In this document: piece by piece, positions 34,932-39,505 of the stretch
Numbering within the stretch: the first letter of the stretch is position 1
Layout: each line of letters starts with the position of its first letter
Assembly (NCBI GenBank): GCA_048884965.1
Contig: JBHLQH010000033.1
Coordinates: 1-39,505 of the forward strand
Reading direction: 5' to 3'
DNA length: 39,505 nucleotides
DNA from: Candidatus Thorarchaeota archaeon
GTDB taxonomy: Archaea; Asgardarchaeota; Thorarchaeia; Thorarchaeales; Thorarchaeaceae
Translations under genes and position numbers: made by a program
The notes under the pieces: model-generated
What the model was told of the DNA's origin: nothing
The model's database searches: none
Seen by the model: only the letters and a program-made list of their open reading frames with translations

Positions 34932-37838
34932 ATGGCAAAGAAGAATCAGAATCAACTCAAAGGGAGCTCGTTATGGGCTCTTACATATGCAGTGACCTCG
35001 CTTAGAAACTACCCTATTCGAAATATGGGTATCGCCCTTGTTCTCGCTGTGGGTATTGCCCTTCCTACGACAATATTCGTTTGGGCAGATACCGGAACTC
35101 AGATGGTGGTCCATGATTACTTTGATGAAAGCACCTACCAGTTGTCACTCTCTCTCAAGCCCTCCGCGTTGTATGATTGGCGCCAGACTCAGGAGCTAAT
35201 TGACACAGCTGAAGCGCACCCCTATGTTGATTTCCTGCATCGAGTGGTATCAACGGTGGGGATACTCCAAAATGACACTCTTCCTGAGTGGAATTCGTAT
35301 GACATCTACGGCTTCAATTATCCTCTAGGTATAAAGGACATGCGAACTATTTTCGTCGATAATGAGTTTCTGGGCAATTGGTCCCGAGATTTCACATATG
35401 AAGGCGACTTTCATCTTGAAGCTGGACAGATTCTAGTTTCCCAAGGCTTTATTGACTACACCCTAGAGCTTCATGGAATCGAACTCCAGATTGGTGACGA
35501 GATTGATTTCGATATTATTGCCCATGAACAGCGATACACGGGTCGTAATTTAATCGATAATCTCTATGTCCTGCCATATGAGAACTTCACAATTGCAGGA
35601 ATCTACGAGATTGGTCCCAACGCGAATATGTTCGCTGAAGCCTTTCCCTCAATTTCTAGGAAGAATTGGGACCCTATGCAGCTATCCAACGATCTTGTCC
35701 TTGGTATTCGTGACTCGATTATGATCTTGAAAAGCGATATCGGTGAGGATAATGTCGCTGAGATCGCGGAATGGAGCTACTGGAGCCCATCCCTTCTGAT
35801 TCGCACCTCTGAAGCCAATCTTATTGCTGCAGGTGCGTCGAATATAGCTGATAATCTAGTTACTTTCAAATCGCAGTTCGAGGAAACCTATCCTACGTAC
35901 AACATTGATGGACTTTCGGAGATATGGCAACTCGAAGCAAAGATCAATACCTATCTCCAAAGTCAGATCCTGACGGTAGTGGCATTTCCTGTCCTCATAA
36001 TGAGCCTGATGCTGACTGTCTATACTTCAGAAACTTCTGTTTCTCGGAGAAAAGGTGAGATTAGCGCACTCCGCTCCAAAGGAGCTTCCTTCAATCAAGT
36101 CTTTGCTACTTTCATGTGGGAATCATTGGTACTCAGTATGATCGGACTTGGGGTGGGAATCCTCGTTTCCTTCATGCTAGCTCCATTAGTAGGTTCGACA
36201 ACAAGTCTATTCATCTTTGATTTTGGCTTATTCAACAAGTACATGATGAATATCTCCATTCCAATTTTGTCTATCATCATTGCAGCTGCGATTGCCATGT
36301 ACCTTCCCGCTGCCTATCTACTCCATGTTGCTCGAAGAATCGATGTGACAGAGGTCGGTCAGCCAATGACGGAAACTGCAGAGGAAGGCGCTGAGATGGG
36401 AGGTATCCGGCGCTATGGACTTGGTCTTGGGGTGGTGCTTTCGTCTCTAATTCTCTTGCCGACATTGGTAAATCCAACTGGGACTACTGCAGTAGTTGAG
36501 ATTCTAATCGCTACAGTGATGCTATTCGTTGCATCCTATCTTGGTTCTCGAACTATGCGATTAGTGACTGCAAAGCTCTCTAGTGAAACAAACTTTCTCT
36601 TAGGAGAGAAGGCCTTGTATCTAAGTCAGAGCCTTCGGAAGAGAAAGGGCCAGTTCATACCCTTGTTGGTGATTCTTACTCTTACCCTTACAACAACAAC
36701 GATGATGCTTGTTCAGACTGCAAGCTTTGAAGCCACGATGTATAGTGAGCTTGGGTACTCGATAGGTGCTGACATGCGTGTTGAATGTGATCCTAAGGCC
36801 TTTGACTTCAACGAGTCTCTGCTTCAATATCCTGGAGTCATTGATGCGACCCCGGTCATCGAAACTTGGGGACAGGTTTCAGGAGATAGATTCTTCCTCG
36901 AGGGAGTGGATGCCCTGAAATATGCTCATATAGGAGCCTTCTCAGTTGACAGTTTCTATGGGAATGATTCCCTTTCTGTCTTAACCGAGTTGAGCAATTA
37001 TCCGAATGGAATTGTGATTAGCAAATTCTACTCTACTCTTTGGAACAAGACCATTGGGGACAGCCTCTTGATCTACCTTGGAGGTCTGAATGGTACCCGA
37101 ATCGTTGCATTCAGGGTTGTTGGAATCGCCTTGAGCGCCCCTGGATTCGGTGTTGCTTCAACAGACGACCTTGCAGGAGCATCCTTTGCATCTCAATTTG
37201 GATTCCAAGTCGGACTAGGCGGCTTTGCATTGGTCAATCTCGATTTCCTATCCTATGTATCAGGGATTCAGTATTCTGATCTATTCTTGGTAGATACGAC
37301 ATGCTTCACAGATATGGTGCCAATAATCAACGTTCTGGAGGAAGATAAGAACACTCACGTGTATACCTTGGAAACCTTTGATGTGAACAGTCAATCCGCA
37401 TCTATTAGGCTGTTCCTTTCCGGTATTCAAGGATTGACCACCATCTCCTACTTGCTATGTGCCGCAATGGGCCTCATGGCCATCGCCCTCTTCTTAGGGT
37501 CTGCAGTGCTTGAGCGTAGGTCTGAGTACGCCGTATTTCGTGCACTTGGTGGAACACAGCGTCAAGTGATATCCATGGTCTTTGGAGAGTTCGCTGGCTC
37601 AGTTATAGCTGCGATCTCTATCAGTGTAATCCTGGGCTTTGTCTTCGGGTTTGCGATGAGTATCATGACTTTTGGCATCTCGCCATTCTCCCCGGTCCTT
37701 CCAGAGATACTCGCATATCCCTTCTTGATGATGCTCGTTACCATAGCAGCTGAGAGTGCAGTGATGATCGCATCCTGCTATCTCCCAGCAAGACGCGCAG
37801 GCTCTGTTGATCCAGCAACTGCGCTCAGAAACCTGTGA
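34932..37838 (+). CDS. FtsX/MacB-like ABC permease, paralog of the upstream gene
   Basis: RRKGEISALRSKGAS, RRSEYAVFRALGG, ends PARRAGSVDPATALRNL. Confidence 0.88.
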   Translation: MAKKNQNQLKGSSLWALTYAVTSLRNYPIRNMGIALVLAVGIALPTTIFVWADTGTQMVVHDYFDESTYQLSLSLKPSALYDWRQTQELIDTAEAHPYVDFLHRVVSTVGILQNDTLPEWNSYDIYGFNYPLGIKDMRTIFVDNEFLGNWSRDFTYEGDFHLEAGQILVSQGFIDYTLELHGIELQIGDEIDFDIIAHEQRYTGRNLIDNLYVLPYENFTIAGIYEIGPNANMFAEAFPSISRKNWDPMQLSNDLVLGIRDSIMILKSDIGEDNVAEIAEWSYWSPSLLIRTSEANLIAAGASNIADNLVTFKSQFEETYPTYNIDGLSEIWQLEAKINTYLQSQILTVVAFPVLIMSLMLTVYTSETSVSRRKGEISALRSKGASFNQVFATFMWESLVLSMIGLGVGILVSFMLAPLVGSTTSLFIFDFGLFNKYMMNISIPILSIIIAAAIAMYLPAAYLLHVARRIDVTEVGQPMTETAEEGAEMGGIRRYGLGLGVVLSSLILLPTLVNPTGTTAVVEILIATVMLFVASYLGSRTMRLVTAKLSSETNFLLGEKALYLSQSLRKRKGQFIPLLVILTLTLTTTTMMLVQTASFEATMYSELGYSIGADMRVECDPKAFDFNESLLQYPGVIDATPVIETWGQVSGDRFFLEGVDALKYAHIGAFSVDSFYGNDSLSVLTELSNYPNGIVISKFYSTLWNKTIGDSLLIYLGGLNGTRIVAFRVVGIALSAPGFGVASTDDLAGASFASQFGFQVGLGGFALVNLDFLSYVSGIQYSDLFLVDTTCFTDMVPIINVLEEDKNTHVYTLETFDVNSQSASIRLFLSGIQGLTTISYLLCAAMGLMAIALFLGSAVLERRSEYAVFRALGGTQRQVISMVFGEFAGSVIAAISISVILGFVFGFAMSIMTFGISPFSPVLPEILAYPFLMMLVTIAAESAVMIASCYLPARRAGSVDPATALRNL

Positions 37839-37915
37839 GGTGCGCCTAGTGAAAACGATATTGACCTATGCGCAGCTCAATACTCTTATTTGCGACATGA
37901 ACAGTTTGGAGGTTA

Positions 37916-38941
37916 GTGACTAAAATGGTCAGCGCTGAAGATTCTCTGGATTTGTATGGTGCATATCCAGATGACGTTGTAGTTAGCGTCGAGAATGTGT
38001 ACAAGATATTCAAGACCAATGAGCTTGAGGTAGTGGCTCTCAGCGGGGTATCAATGCAGATTCTTGAAGGAAAGATCATGTGCGTTGTCGGCCCCAGTGG
38101 TTCTGGAAAGACAACCCTTACGAACATCATTGGTGGTATCACAAAAGCGACCGTTGGGAAGGTGTACTGGGCGAATCTACGTTCAGACATCACAAAGCTT
38201 AGTGAACGTGTGCTGACCGAAGCAAGACGCAGCTTCATCGGATTCATCTTCCAAGTGAACAATCTCTTGCCTCACCTGAATGCGTGGCAGAATGTGGAAC
38301 TTGCAGCTCGAATCGCTGGAGTACCAAAGAAGGTCCGACAAGATCGTGTGGACAGACTCATCAAACTGGTCGGTCTTGAGGAACGGAAACGGAACAAGGC
38401 AACTACCCTCTCTGGTGGTGAGCGTTCCCGAGTCGCTATTGCTAGCTCACTCGTGAACCTAATTGATACTGAGGGAAAGGGACTCGTGCTTTGTGACGAA
38501 CCTACTGGTGACCTCGACCCAGAGACTGCACAGAGGATCCTCGAGCTCTTCAAGGAGCTCAATGAATCCTTGGGCACCTCATTCTTCATCGTTACTCACA
38601 GTCAACAAGTTGCATCTATGGCAGATGTCACTGTGGAGATTCGCGATGGTATCGTTTCTGGATTCCACCAGACTGGTATCGACCTGGATGAGCTTGGAGG
38701 AACTCGTGTTGTCAAGCTTGACAACAACTACAGACTTCCAATGCCTGTCGATCTACTTGAGAAGGCTGGGAACCCAAGCGAGTTCAGGATCTCTTATGAG
38801 AATGACCGCTTCATCCTCGTTCCACAGCTTGGTGGAGTAGTCGATGAGATGCGTGAGCGAAAGGTTCGCACCTGTCGTGTCTGCGGTGCTGAGATTGCTC
38901 AGGGCAAATTCATATGCGCGAATTGTGGTAGCACAGTATAG
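37916..38941 (+). CDS. ABC ATP-binding protein (LolD/MacB family) with C-terminal AbrB-like and zinc-ribbon domains
   Basis: GPSGSGKT, LSGGE, LCDEPTGDLD. Tail VVKLDNNYRLPMP... and CRVC...CANC. Confidence 0.9.
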   Translation: MTKMVSAEDSLDLYGAYPDDVVVSVENVYKIFKTNELEVVALSGVSMQILEGKIMCVVGPSGSGKTTLTNIIGGITKATVGKVYWANLRSDITKLSERVLTEARRSFIGFIFQVNNLLPHLNAWQNVELAARIAGVPKKVRQDRVDRLIKLVGLEERKRNKATTLSGGERSRVAIASSLVNLIDTEGKGLVLCDEPTGDLDPETAQRILELFKELNESLGTSFFIVTHSQQVASMADVTVEIRDGIVSGFHQTGIDLDELGGTRVVKLDNNYRLPMPVDLLEKAGNPSEFRISYENDRFILVPQLGGVVDEMRERKVRTCRVCGAEIAQGKFICANCGSTV

Positions 38942-38961
38942 TCTACTGTGGTGCCAACTTC

Positions 38962-39505
38962 ATGAATCGGACCCAATCTACTGCATTGGTATTTGCGATT
39001 TTCATCTTTGTAGCTAGTGTAGGGTCCATCTTCTTTTCCATCGGTTTTGGCTATCCAACACAAGCTACAGAGGTCAAGTCAGAGGAATTCTATGATACGT
39101 CCTTCTGGGACCTTTCAGACGCAATCTCATTGCCTCTCAATGTGCAGCTGATCTCTACGGAAGTCAGTTCAGTTCAGACTGGTATTGGTTCCGTTCAGTT
39201 GAATATTACTCAATTCACCTTCCTGAGTGAGACCTATGAGAGTGTGAACGTCCGGATCAATTCCTATCTAATGCAACGGGTAGACCTGTTGACCGACGCT
39301 CCTGCTATCCTTCTTCTGCATGGCTACGGGAGTAATGTGCTGGAATTGCTTCCCATGATGCATGAGATTGCAGCTACGGGCTATATCGTGATGGGAATCG
39401 ACTCCCCAGGGTCTGGCGACTCCACTAGCTTTCCTCAACTGAATCCCTACACGTTCTATGATGTATCTGATGGTCCAACCTCCGCCCATATTTATCACTC
39501 AGTCT
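38962..39505 (+). CDS. Secreted/membrane-anchored alpha/beta hydrolase, truncated by the window end
   Basis: Read manually: MNRTQSTALVFAIFIFV..., PAILLLHGYGSN, GYIVMGIDSPGSGDS. Open to the window edge, not in the ORF track. Confidence 0.8.
   Translation, partial: MNRTQSTALVFAIFIFVASVGSIFFSIGFGYPTQATEVKSEEFYDTSFWDLSDAISLPLNVQLISTEVSSVQTGIGSVQLNITQFTFLSETYESVNVRINSYLMQRVDLLTDAPAILLLHGYGSNVLELLPMMHEIAATGYIVMGIDSPGSGDSTSFPQLNPYTFYDVSDGPTSAHIYHSV

Noticed and set aside
39268-39498. 76-aa minus-strand ORF
   Set aside because: Shadow of the plus-strand alpha/beta hydrolase starting at 38962.

Overview
This is an archaeal chromosomal segment, most likely from an Asgard archaeon of Thorarchaeia type. 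That assignment is an inference from a Ras-superfamily small GTPase, PriL primase, a duplicated Lrp/AsnC regulator, TATA-box leaderless promoters and many C-terminally anchored surface proteins. Contents: a small GTPase-partner-methyltransferase cluster; a four-gene sulfide-dependent homocysteine operon (DUF39 fused to a ferredoxin, an ApbE-like UPF0280 protein, asd, aspartokinase); assorted hydrolases and methyltransferases; DNA repair/replication genes (AlkD-like, OGG1-like, priL); a 1357-aa tandem pseudo-M28/Ca-repeat surface protein beside a CPBP protease; mobB; and a heteromeric MacB/FtsX-type ABC system. Elements missing from the ORF track are a DUF1059 small protein, two edge-truncated CDSs, a well-formed box C/D sRNA candidate (25430-25495) and a ~200-nt structured, riboswitch-like 5' leader ahead of the homocysteine operon. 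No mobile element, CRISPR array, rRNA or tRNA was recognised. All family assignments are by eye from motifs, not from database searches.
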